DNA of 63,929 bases, the filler included, from Hausera hauseri (Eukaryota): the NCBI GenBank assembly GCA_046269625.1. It is 13 parts of 13 records of this genome, joined end to end, with 100 filler letters (N's around TTAATTAATTAA, not from the genome) between each part and the next. Parts side by side here need not be neighbours in the genome. Positions count along the whole stretch, not along the records: positions 9,076 to 13,745 come from JBJURY010481798.1; positions 13,846 to 18,509 come from JBJURY010484465.1; positions 18,610 to 25,082 come from JBJURY010096654.1; 10 more parts are not named here. The stretch is one strand, 5' to 3'. Position numbers and translations under genes: made by a program. The notes under the pieces are model-generated. The model had not been told where the DNA came from. It ran no database searches and worked only from the letters and a program-made list of their open reading frames with translations. Of this stretch, positions 12,325 through 24,182 are shown piece by piece. The stretch's first letter is position 1, and each line of letters starts with the position of its first letter.

Positions 12325-13492
12325 ATATAAATTTATGCACTGTTTAAATATTCAAAAAAAAATTATTCAGGTGAACTTCTTGAATTTATAATCTGCTATT
12401 GTAAAACGATTTCAAAAATTTTAATTATAACAATTTTCGCTTTCATTCTTCATAATGAACAGTTTATTTTCTTTTTGATTTGAAGGATATATTTATTACA
12501 TGCGAAGTTATAAAATGACAGAGGTTTGGGATTATTCATTCTACTATCAAATTCATACCATCCCATCTTTCTTCGTGATTCAACTGAAAACAAGAGGGAT
12601 GGTTCTGATGGTGACAAAATTGTGTGGAACTGAATTATGTGCAGTTGATTTATTTTTCGTAAAAAAGGAAACAAGCAACGTCTGAATCGCGGCCAAAACA
12701 TGATATGGACACTGTCCTTTCTCTTACCTCCTAGCTCAATATCTTGAAACACTAAATGGGACTTCAGAAATTTTTGGAGCCAATAACCCATGCGAAGAAT
12801 CCATAAGATTCCTATTGAGTTTAAGGGACTCAAAGATCGACTGGAATACCATTGAGGAAGTAATATCAAACCATTCACGATCGAACGTTGAAGAAATAGA
12901 TCATGATATAATCCAGCCTTTGTACACAACAGTAAAATAATCATCTGCAATGTCGCCTATCAATTCTGATGCAACATACAACGAAAAAGCATCCTATACT
13001 TCTCCACCATGCTCTACTCCGATTCCAATGACTTCTAATGAATACCAATTACACAGCAATGTAGAACTCAACGAATACCTACCGGAAGATCAACTGATAA
13101 CAACGTACAACTATGCAGCTCAAAACACTGACTGAACAATGTCGTTCAATAGAATTCTTAGGGAAGATGGAAAACGACGTCAGTTTTATATTCTAGAATT
13201 AAAGCAGCCAAAGGAAGTTAGACCGAACTGTTCATACAATGAAATTTATAAAAAAGCGGGCGACATCTTAAAGACGTGTCCAACATCAAAACCCGCATTA
13301 AAGAAATCATTGAAATGACAATACATTGACTCAAGTCGTCTTTACAAGAATATTGCAAAACGATGGTGAAAACGTCAAACGGCGCATAGTTTGAAACAAT
13401 TTCAAGAAATGCGGCTTAAAACGAAGTGCCTAAAGATTAAAGCTAATGTTGTCCTCGCCGATTATCACTAACACGTCACAAAGATATATTGT

Positions 13493-13745
13493 ATGATGAT
13501 ACAAAGTATGAAACATCGGGAGATACTATTTCTTGACGAAACGGGATTCAACTTACAGACGTCAACGTCATACGGTTATGCCAAAGCCAATAAAGCAGAT
13601 ATATCCTACAGACCTGCCAATAGGGGAAAAATGTCTCCGTCTGAGCCATTATTTCTGAAAAGCGGTTGTCATTACCATATGATTATTGGGGCATTCAATG
13701 CTAAGAAGTTTGTCGATTTCTTGGACAATTGTTGCAGCACACATG
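13493..13745 (+). pseudogene. IS630/Tc1-like DDE transposase fragment
   Basis: ILFLDETGFNL...YGYA...PANRGK...IIGAFNAKKFVDFL; truncated by the contig end. Confidence 0.8.
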
Positions 13746-13845
13746 NNNNNNNNNNNNNNNNNNNNNNNNNNNNNNNNNNNNNNNNNNNNTTAATTAATTA
13801 ANNNNNNNNNNNNNNNNNNNNNNNNNNNNNNNNNNNNNNNNNNNN

Positions 13846-14260
13846 GCTTGGCTTATGCAATTTTGTTGAGGCATTCTTATCAATAGATCGGTAATTATAT
13901 AGGCTTGGGCTCCAGGTAGATTGTAATAAAATATTTGAAACTTGTATCGGCAGGTTTGTCCGAAATCCAAATCGCAACATTTTGTATGAATTCCGTACGG
14001 AAAATCGCATGTTCTTATTATGAATCTAGTTACAAATATTATTTGAAATTTTACATGGTTCTGAATAGGTTCCCTCGCTTCGAACCATGCACACGGTTTG
14101 CTCTCATCCATATCTTATACTCTAAGTGATTGCAAATTTTGGATATCCTTTCCTCTTGCCGTATACTGTAATTTTTCGGTTTGAGTTATCGATTTCACAT
14201 TCGGTACATACGAAGCGATTAATGATAAGGCGAGGACTATTTGCACATACGTTACCGGTC
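13846..14260 (-). pseudogene. Putative envelope-like glycoprotein N-terminus, in frame with integrase
   Basis: After RYNLRS comes a hydrophobic signal-like stretch VTYVQIVLALSLIASYVPNVKS, then a Cys-containing region (KPCAW, TCDF, KCCDLDFGQTCR) in the same frame past one TAA at 14115-14117. Confidence 0.5.
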
Positions 14261-17200
14261 TAGCCGTTATGATCGATGTTTTCCTTTCTCTGTTTGTATG
14301 CTCATATTTTGCTCTGCAAGAACGTAAATTGTAGCGTTTACTTGGTCTTATCTCGGTTTTAACTACTCTCTGAATCGATGTGACCTCTTCCTTGCCATTT
14401 TTATTTATATAAACTGTGGTCGGTGTAATTTTAGTAACTTCATACGGCCCTCTACCGGTTCTGGTAAGTTTAATAGATGTACCTTTCTTGGCCACTGAAT
14501 AGTGTACGTAAACCCAACTTCCTGGTTCTAGGTAGTGTGGTTTAGCCTTCTTGTAGTATTGTTTCATAAATTGTTCCTGGTAATCTTTATATAATACCTT
14601 GGCTATTTCCCAACACTTGTATAATCTCAATTGTAATACTTCTACAAAGGTCTGCTCCAAATTTTCCGGTTTTGTTCTGTAGGGAATCCATCCTAAATCT
14701 GTAGGCAGTACAGCTTCTCTGCCGTACATTATAAAAACGGAATGAATCCTGTCACAGGATGTGGGGTAGTGTTAATGGCGAATTGTGTACCTTCTAAGAA
14801 CTTGTCCCAGTCTTGCTGGTCCTTTGCGACAACTGTTGATAAGATTCGTGTAACTGTCACGTTCATCCGTTCAACCATTCCATTGCATTGGGGGTGATAA
14901 GCCGTGGTAGTTAGATGTTCAATTTCGAAAATTTTGGTAATTTTGTCCAACAATTTGCTTGTAAAGTTTCTCCCTCGGTCTGCCAAATTTGTTTTGGCGA
15001 TCCGTATCTGCAATAATCTTCCGGACTACTACTTCTGCCAGAGTCTCGGCCTTTTGGTAAATTAACGCTATTAGTTCAACAAAATAAGTTAATCGATTTA
15101 CACAAGTCAAAATATACTTCTTGTTTTTGTGGGTCGTAGGTAATGGTACTACGATATCCATGGACATTTCCTGCATTTGTCTATCCGGCACGCTGATGGG
15201 TGTAAGTTTGGCGATGTAGTTTTTCACTTTTCTTTGTTTGGTTGCGCATACTTCGCAAGCGTTCACCCAATTCCTCACATCGATGTAAACGGTCGGCCAA
15301 TAATATTTATTTAAGATTCTTTCCAAGGTCTTTTTCCTCGACATGTATCGGGCTAAGTACGAATCATGCTCGGCCATCAGTACCTCTGTACGCAATCCCT
15401 TTAGTATGACTACCAATTTTCGTCCTTTCCGTTTGTAGTACAACACACTTTCATGGTTCAAGTCTCCCGTGAAGTGGTATTTGTGGTTGTATCTTCGTAG
15501 GTGTTTTTGTAACTGTTGACCCTTTAGTGTTTTGCTGGTATCAACGAACTCAATAACTTGTTGTATAACTTTGTCTTTTCTTTGTTGGACTGAAATCTTT
15601 AATGTCTTATCTAAAATAAGGGTCCGTTGCCTCTCCACTAATTCTTCGAAGTGGGTTTTCTTAATTACCTTAGCCGCGTTAATTTTTGTCTTAAGTCTAG
15701 AGTGCATTGACATCGACATTTTTATTTTCAGGTTTGTATTGGAATTCGATATTATACCGTGAGATCTCCTCGATCCTTCTGTTAAGTGTACAGGTTAGAT
15801 TATTTGCCCTACCTTTTAAGGTAGTAACTGCCTTATGATCGGTAACGATCACAATCCTTTGTCCATTAACGTACACGTTCAAATGTCGTAATGCTTCCTT
15901 CACCGCTAGCGTTTCTAACTCCGTAACGGAATAGTTCTTATCTGCTTTCTTCAAGGAGCGTCCTCCATATGCAATCGGGTGTTCCAACTTTTCGTCTTCT
16001 CGTTTTTGGGCCTGTTCATATCCGATGCCTTCCCTAATGGCGTCCGTTTTTATTATGAACGGTAGGTTGAAGTCGGGATATCTTAAAACGGGTTCACCAG
16101 TTAGAATCTTTTTCATTTCATCGACGGCTTTCTGTTCGACATCGGTCCATTTCCATTTGATGCCTTTTTCAGTAAACGATACAAAGATGCATTTATCTTC
16201 GCGTTTTCTGGTACATAGGTAGCATAGTACCCATATAGCCCTAGCCAGTGTCTTAATTCCTTCAGATTCTGAGGTCCCATATAGTCCGATATCTTACTTA
16301 ATAGTGATTTATCCGATTTCGACCCCCCTTCTCCAACTATATGTCCAATGTACGACACGGCATTTTGAGCCCATTTGCACTTCTTTGGATTCAGTTTTAG
16401 TCCAGCTTGCTCCAGTCTCATGAGTGTACCTTCAATATCTTTTAAATGATTCGATTCTGTTTTCTGCGTAATCATGACGTCGTCCAAATAGGCAAATGCG
16501 TGCTCCAGTCCCATTAGCATCTTGTTTATCATGCGAGTAAAAATGACCGGTCCGGTAGTTATCCCAAATGGCATAACATTAAATTCGTATATACCACGTG
16601 TGTCTTAAATGCCGTTTTATAATAATCTTCCTTCTCTATCTCTACTTGCCAATATCCGGATTGTAAATCGTGCATGGTGAACCATTTAGCTCCCGAAAGA
16701 CTATCCAAGGCTTCCTTTACTGGTGGTAATGAGAAGGTGTCTTTCATCATAATTGTGTTTAACGCTTGGTAGTCGATACAAAATCGGTGCTTATCGGTAC
16801 CTTTTTTCTTAAACATAAGTATAAGCGAATACCAAGATTTATAGCTTGATCTTATTATGTCGGCCTTTAACAATTGTTAAACTTGCTTAGTTATTTCTGG
16901 CCTTAACGAGTGTGGAGGGGGTACCATTTCGGCATCTTTTGGTCCTCTAAATCTATTTCATCGTTGGACCCCGGCTTTTTCTTAAGTAGGATAGTGAGTC
17001 TTAAGGTTTTGGCACGGCCAATATCTTCATCTTTCGCGATAATCGAGTTATAGCGACAAAGTAATTCGTAAAATCGACAATATGATTCCGGTGAGAATTT
17101 AGTCTTGACGTGGGGTAAAAATTCGGCATTCTTATACTGTTTCTGTTTGATGGTAATTGATGAAACTCTATACGTGTGTCCCCAAGTGGTATTGGCATAC

Positions 17201-18509
17201 AGTTTGGTTGAAGTGGGCGCATTATTCGCCACTCTGATTGGTACGCGGCCTGTTGATACTCTTGTCAAAACATTGCTGAGTACAAGGTTTGGAATAAGCG
17301 ATTGCTTTGGTTCAAAATATACTGTCTGGTCGTCATCTTGACGTATTTGGGCATATATGAGTACTTCAGTTCTTGGTGGTATGTTTTCATTTACTGGAAT
17401 CCACACTTCTCCGAACTTTCTGTCTTTGGTGGTTTTAACCCATTTTAGTGGGCCAAGTTTTATCAACTTGTCTGCATTGAAATCGATTGCTATATTGGGT
17501 AGTTGTCTCAATAAGTCACATACTCACACTACATCATATCTTAATTGCTCCATTACTGAGAATTCATGATGGAAAGATTATCCCATTATGTAAATTTCCG
17601 GTTTCCAACGGAATTGACTTTTCGATGATTGTACGAAGGCTCCTACGCTTCATGGATCCGTTGTGGGAGGCGGATACAATTGTTTCCGTAGGAACTGTGG
17701 TATTGAATCATATTTTATCAGTGACATTTCAGATCCTGTGTCTATTACCGCATATACTTCCCAGTATTCCAACTGAATTTTTGCAAGTGGTCTTCCTTCG
17801 ATTATCATACCGTAATAATTTGGTGCTACTCGAGAGTGTCGGATCGCGGAAACTTTGTAACCGTTAATGGTAACCTCCATAGTTCCAACGGGATGGTCGA
17901 TTAACTGTCTCAGTTCTCCCATAGGGCACAATTCATTATTCCCACCATTCGTGTTTTATATTCCTTGGTTTCTAACTGGCGGCTGGATATCTTGGTTCCG
18001 GAGATTGTGTGGCTCACGGCTTCTGGCAATTATTGACTGCGTTTCGCTTGGTCTAGGTACTCTAGGTGAATAGATTATACCATGATCGTCGACCGCTGAG
18101 CGACAATGTAAAATAAAGGGTTTTTCTACTTTACAGAACACTCCATAGTGCTTCGTTCTTTCGTAAGAATCCTCTAGACAATCTTCATATACAGGTGCCA
18201 TCGGCGGCAGTATTGGTAATGGTAATTTCACAACAGAATAATTTCTATGTCTGTTCGACTTAGGTATAACGTCTCCTCCTTTAGGCTCGTCATTATCTGA
18301 GTTATTTCTTCGTACTTTAGTATTTATAAAATTTCGCTTGAATAGGTACCTTCTTTTACGATTTCAATTTTGATAGCCTACATGCTGTTCAACCTCAGTT
18401 TTCCATCTACTTTCTTCGTAATCCTTTAAGATTTTGCCGAAGGGCGTGATAATTGCCGTCAAAATTTTGCACGAAAATCCTGTCAAGGTGAATATCTCGT
18501 ATCCATTTA
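13846..18509 (-). mobile_element. Ty3/Gypsy retrotransposon: gag end, protease, RT, RNase H, integrase, env-like ORF; many frameshifts
   Basis: AVIDTGSEMSLI (PR); RFCIDYQALN, DLQSGYWQV, MPFG, AYLDDV (RT); IKTDA, NYSVTELETLAV, VTDHK (RH); YYWP...CEVC, DRGRNF, TAYHPQCNGMVER, GPYEV (IN). Confidence 0.95.
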
Positions 18510-19299
18510 NNNNNNNNNNNNNNNNNNNNNNNNNNNNNNNNNNNNNNNNNNNNTTAATTAATTAANNNNNNNNNNNNNNNNNNNNNNNNNNNNNNNNNNN
18601 NNNNNNNNNACACATGCCTTCTTTGTCATATGTTTTTCAGGGCTGATGAGACGACCACACCTGCAAACTAAAGAGGCCAAAAGCGACACATTTAAGAAAT
18701 TAACCGTGTCAGAATTAAACATTGAATGTAAACATTCAAGCATCTTCATTACTGATTTAAGATGTAATTGTTTGATTTTTTTGGAGATTTTTTTCACGAC
18801 ATGCCAAATGTCATTAATCTCTTTTGTTTTCTTTCTTCACGCCAAATCCAACTAATCTCCTTGCGTCTCCCTTAGTTAGTTCTTGGTGGATCACTTCTGG
18901 GAGGCCACGTGTTCCACTACCGCTGGGATACCTCGGTCCACTTCATAGACAACCACCAGGACCGCAGAAAATCTTTGTGTCCTCTCCGCCAGTCCTTTTT
19001 CGGACTAATTTAGCATGGTTTAGGGCTCGTCAACAAAAGCTGACTCCAAATCATGCGAGGTTCAAAGACAAGATTAGTTAGACGACAGATCGTTATCATT
19101 GCATTCGGAATAAGTCCATAAGAGCTCTCCTCTTCAATAGCTGCCGCAGCATAGGATCACTAACAGTTACAGTTCTGTGTTGATTAATTACATTTCTAAG
19201 GTAACGTCCATTGACACGCCTACAAATGGTGTATTGGGAAATATAGAGTCAGTGTCTACATTTGTTCTTGACACCGGCACATGATTGGGTTATGTTGTC

Positions 19300-19478
19300 A
19301 GCATAACGCCATGCCACGTTTACTATCCCAGAGAAATTCGCCGGTACCCATTTGTGAAGCTGGGTAGGCCCCTAGAGCCGTTATGGTAGAAAAAAATCCA
19401 GTGCCTACAGCTGTGATTGAACCCAAGACCACATGATCGGCAGATGAGCGCAATAACCACTACACCACCGCGGTTCCC
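19300..19478 (-). mobile_element. tRNA-derived SINE
   Basis: Minus strand: A box TGGTGTAGTGG and B box GGTTCAATC, followed by CCCAGCTTCACAAATGGGTACCGG, which resembles a conserved invertebrate SINE body motif. Confidence 0.65.
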
Positions 19479-19584
19479 AAAAAATTGACCCTATCATTGT
19501 GTGGTGCATCAAGGCGACGGCAAGCGGCGCCAACGTTTCAATGACCCCAATAAATATCACAACAGATGGCCAGTCAATCGTGAG

Positions 19585-19661
19585 TGGGATCCTGCATGGT
19601 TTCGAACTGCTACCATCGGATACCGAGGCGAGAATTCTAACCACTGAGTCACAGAGGACCC
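19585..19661 (-). pseudogene. tRNA-Gly-like pseudogene or SINE head
   Basis: TGACTCAGTGGTTAGAATTCTCGCCT resembles the D-arm of eukaryotic tRNA-Gly; B box GTTCGAAACC; the anticodon stem is disrupted. Confidence 0.5.
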
Positions 19662-21150
19662 GTAAACGTCCAAGGCTTCAGCATATGTATTGTATCTGGC
19701 CGCAACTCGCTTCATTCCAAGTGCATATATATATATACTCATTGTTGTAAGAAAGTTCAGTTGCAACAAAGTGTTTCTCGGAACTGTTTACATTTCTATT
19801 TATAGCTGTCTCCAGAGTGATCCCTCTTGAGGATAATTATATGAAACCCAAGAACTGTGTGGAATATAAAGACTTTTATTTGTATCTATTCTTTGATCTT
19901 AACTCCTTGTTTTCGTAGTCTTGTCTATCGTCTTTTGATTATATGTTCGTTGGATTTACATTTGAATTTACACTTTTTTATTGCATTTCATATTGAATAT
20001 TCATGCATTGATATGTGGACTATGGATAAATAAAGACCATCCTTTTGTTAACTATTCTTCTGATAAATTGCATACAGTAAAAAAGGTGTGTTTGGTTGTG
20101 GAATAAAGAGTTGTGAAGGTTGATAGTCTGAGTTAGGTAAAGAAAGAATACGGTTACCAACTATCCATCCCTGGAGAGCCGGTGACTTGCGGCTCGCGTA
20201 CCACGTCATTTCAGTGTCGCACAAAAGGTAATCACCACATCTGAAAGAAAGCAGCTGTCAATTTGAGGCCAACCGTTCCTCCATTCAGCTTGTCCCGGAA
20301 GGTCACTTGGAATAGCCACTGAAGCTTTCTCTCTTTCTCTTTCTCTCTGAAGCTTTCTCTTGAAATATGTCTAGTGGCCGCTGTCCGGAAAAAATTCTAG
20401 GAAAAGTCTACCCCCCCCCCCAGGGCAGAAATGTAAATAGGCAATACTGCCTATTTCTCAACCCTAGTTAAATAACAATTTTATCTTGTCTTAACTTATA
20501 TTATCTTATCTTATCTCTGTTCCTTGTATAATTGTGACAGTTCTGGTGACCGTAGTCAGTAACTATCACGGTACCCCTTTTTACTTCGCATGCTGGAGGT
20601 TGATAAACCCTCCTCACAACCAGCTCTATTAGTATTTCGACTTTTTCTTTGTGTGATAGAACTCGACAAATGGTTCGCTAAGTCCCAAACTACTCTTGGT
20701 GACTCCACACTACATATGGACTTCCTTTGTCCTTAACTGATCAGTAAATGGTTATCACATTTGGTGTGAACCGTATCTATGGTTCTCTAGGGAAGGATTC
20801 CTTAGTATCCCACATAACTTCCTGAGTAGTAATTTGCTCTGTTCCAACCTATCTTCTAGCATCCCCTGCAGCTCTTCCAATTCCCAGTTGTATTGCTTTG
20901 TCTTTCCCTGGGTCAAATCAGTGGAGATGAGAGGGGGATAGTGCAGCGTGGGCATGGCACTTCCTACATCAACACAATTAACATACAATCTCAGCAGCAG
21001 ACATTTACCTAGATACATGCTGTATGCAACCCTCAATTCACTTGATCTCGGGACTTCTTCAATTAATTCATTTGACTATTACGTCTCTTCTTAATAGACT
21101 ATGTCTTGTTCACTCACTTCTTGAGCTTTTACGACAAGCCACTGTCAATT

Positions 21151-21220
21151 TTACTTGATTGTTAAAGACTGCTATGCTGATACACTTACTTGATTGTTAA
21201 AGACTGCTATGCTGAAACAC
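21151..21220. repeat. 35-bp direct duplication
   Basis: TTACTTGATTGTTAAAGACTGCTATGCTGA(T/A)ACAC x2. Confidence 0.9.
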
Positions 21221-21609
21221 TCATGAATTACACGAACTGTCTGTGACAAAGCTGAGATTCTGCCTGTTCAAGATACAAAATATTGACACCGTTGTCTGCA
21301 ACGGCTTCACAAGTTCTACTCACCCAAATCACAGGAGTATCTTCAGGAGTACTGCTCAACCAAACTCAAGTATGGAATATCATCTAGAGTGACATCATAA
21401 TTCTTCTCAAGTGAACAAAGATCACGTTGACAGTTAGAAGTTTGGATCAGGGACTACTGTCTCAAAGATACGTGAAGATATAAAAAAAACTTGGCAAATT
21501 TAATCAACCATGGAAACACTTTGATATTCGTTAAATTTGACATGTAACTTCTTCTTTACTTCATTAAAGATAAACAACAACAAAGTTCTGAAAGTAAGCC
21601 ACCAACTTT

Positions 21610-22127
21610 AAGACATCCAACATGCCCCTTCCATGTCCCGACTTGCTCCCAAAGACATCCTCAAACGTGATGAAGACGAACTAAACCACCGCCAGCACCC
21701 TTAAGAAACACGACTTTAACAGAAAATTTGCCTCTTTCATCTCCGACTTGCTCCCAAAGACATCCTCAACCGCGATGAGGATGACCTAAACCATAACCAG
21801 CACCCTTAAGAAACGCGCCTTTAACAGAAAATATCCCCTTCAATGTCCCAATATGGCTTCAAAGACATCCTCAGACATGATGAAGACGACCTAAACCACC
21901 ACCAACACCCTTAAGAAACGTTCCTTTACCACAAACTATGATCCTTCTATGACCAACATGTCCCCAAAACCATACTAAATTCTGATGAAGACTACCTAAA
22001 CCAGACTTTAACAGAAAATTTGCCTTTTCTATGAGCCGACTTTTGCCCAAAGACATGCCCAACCCTGAGGAATACGACCTAAACTACTTCCAGTACCCTT
22101 AAGAAACGCGACTTTAACAGAAAATTT
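21610..22127. repeat. 105-bp minisatellite, ~5 diverged copies
   Basis: CCGACTTGCTCCCAAAGACATCC...CCCTTAAGAAAC.CG.CTTTAACAGAAAA units near 21638, 21743, 21848, 21953 and 22036. Confidence 0.85.
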
Positions 22128-22800
22128 TGGGCCATATGCGTCCCATCCAGTGAGCGCTTTCTGTGCTGGTCTTGATAGCATCAGTGCGACTCCTTGGATA
22201 TGTGGTGAATGTTCCTCTTCATTACCTGAGTATATTTGTTCCCCTGATCTCAGTCTCTTTTTCTGATCCTATCCGCCTTGTTTCGGAGATTCCTAATACA
22301 CTTATATTGTAGTTTTTTCATGCCCTTTGCTACTTGCCCGCTTCTTTCTGTCACATACATAGTTTTAACATTCCATGTTAAGCCATATATGATTACCCTG
22401 ATTGGTTGTCAGTCAATTGGCTTCCAGAATCTTCTGGCTTTCACCACCAGGCGCCAAACTGATAATAGGAGTTTCCAATTTCCTTCCCAGGGCGGTAGGG
22501 TCTTGAGTTCTCTTCGACGTTTTCGTAGTAATAGTTTCTACGATGCCGGAAGACTAGACCTGCAACCAACTCCCAACCTGGAGGACCAGTGGGTCCCTAT
22601 AAGTCTGGTCTCTACCCGTTGACAAACTCCCAACCTGGAGGACCAGTGAGTCCCTCTAAGTCTGGTCTCTACCTTTTGACCTGTCCGACTTGGTTGAACC
22701 TTGTGGTAGCAAGCTACCGCCGGCATATTTCTCAGAATCACAGGGAGACACAAGCCTCCCAACCACTACACGGTGGAGACACCCACGGGAGGAACCTGTT
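22128..22800 (-). mobile_element. RTE-clade LINE 5' end (5'UTR plus APE endonuclease start), truncated
   Basis: TWNVKTMY...NYNISVLGISETR...YSG...SPHIQGVALMLSRPAQKALTGW. RTE-type UTR motif CCAACCTGGAGGACCAG (plus strand) is duplicated with a 57-bp period (22568 and 22625). Confidence 0.85.
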
Positions 22801-23879
22801 CAGCGACTAACCCTGTTACAGTCTCAATACAAATTCACCGTTCGCCGAAAGTAATTTCCAAATTGGAAATATATTACAAATTGACTTTATAGACAGTGCT
22901 GAGGTTACCGCTGCCGGCCTTTACTGCGCGCCACTGATTGCTAAACATAAATGTACAATCATCGATAAAAATGGCATGACACTACGTCTGTGAATTTGTT
23001 ACTGGTGTTCGCCTTAGTGTCACAGTTCACAGTTTCCGAACTCTTTACAAGATATCACACTCGTTCCGGAAGTTCATAGCCCTTTTTCGCTCGAACTGTG
23101 CATGATTATAATTTTGCTTGTTTGTTTGTCTTCTTTGACATTGGCAATATTTTTTAAGCTCAAATCATGGATCAGAAATTTTGTTTCCTGTACGAAATCT
23201 CGTATTCTGAGGACTCTAGCACTTATTACAGGATAATTTGGGAGACGATTATAAATTTGATTTAATAAAATAAAAGTGAAAAAATATTTGATAAATATCC
23301 TGTAATATTTCCAAGGAAGGTCCGTTCAATACGGGGTTTCGTACATAGGGTTTCATAGGTAGGACTGTATAGCAATTAGTAATAGTTTAAGCTACAACGG
23401 GCTTAAATTACAGAAAAAGAGGCGGTTTGAAATACAAAAGGAAAGGAGAGAAGAAGGGATTAGGAGCAGTATCTTATAGTGGTCACTTCTCTTGATTTAT
23501 TTAGGTTAGTTTAGCATTTAGAAAAGATGGCCCGACGTTTAGTAGTACCCAAACCCCTAACCCCCACATACTTTGTCACTAACCAATAGAGCTCGTTTTT
23601 GATTTTCCCGCAGAGTTTTTTGTCGTTTTGCGAGGAATACTTGCGTATATGTAAGTGGATGGGTGAGAATGAATCTACGAATGTATCTTTGCGTGTATGT
23701 ACATACAAGTATTTCAAGCGTTTGCTGTTTTTTCGCGTTATATCATATTCACATTTTCGCAGAAAAATGACTAAATGTGATGAGCAGATAAAATAAAACG
23801 CAGGCAAACTTTAAATATTAAGGGATATAAAAGAAAAAGAGTGCAGTAACAATGTAAAGTGCAGTAAAGGACAATGGAA

Positions 23880-24182
23880 TAGTGAAAAAAAAATAAAATA
23901 TGGGTGGTGGAGTCTTTCGAGGATGGCGAAAAGAAAAAAAGATAACAATTGTTTAGAGCAACAAGATCTTCATCAGACACATCAAACGCAGAAGACATAA
24001 CACACACTCACGCTACAACAACATCATGACTTTACGCTGGCGATGTAGTTTTAGTGTGTGTTGTCTGTTATGCTTTCTGTGTTTGATGTGTCTGATGAAG
24101 ACCTTTTTGGTCTAAACAGTCGTTGCTTCTTTTCTTTTCGCCAACCTCGTAAGACTCCACCACCCATGTTTTTTTTCTCACT
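23880..24182. repeat. ~140-bp inverted repeat pair, each arm with a hammerhead-like core
   Basis: Arm 23880-24025 is approximately the reverse complement of arm 24040-24182. Each contains CTGATGA-A-stem/loop-TAAAC. Confidence 0.8.

Noticed and set aside
18610-18840. DIWHVVKKISKK (minus strand) as a Mutator-like transposase
   Set aside because: Single short motif; the flanking motifs are absent.
20432-20551. Possible 108-bp LTR followed by PBS-like TGGTGACC
   Set aside because: No second copy, TSD or gag downstream to confirm it.
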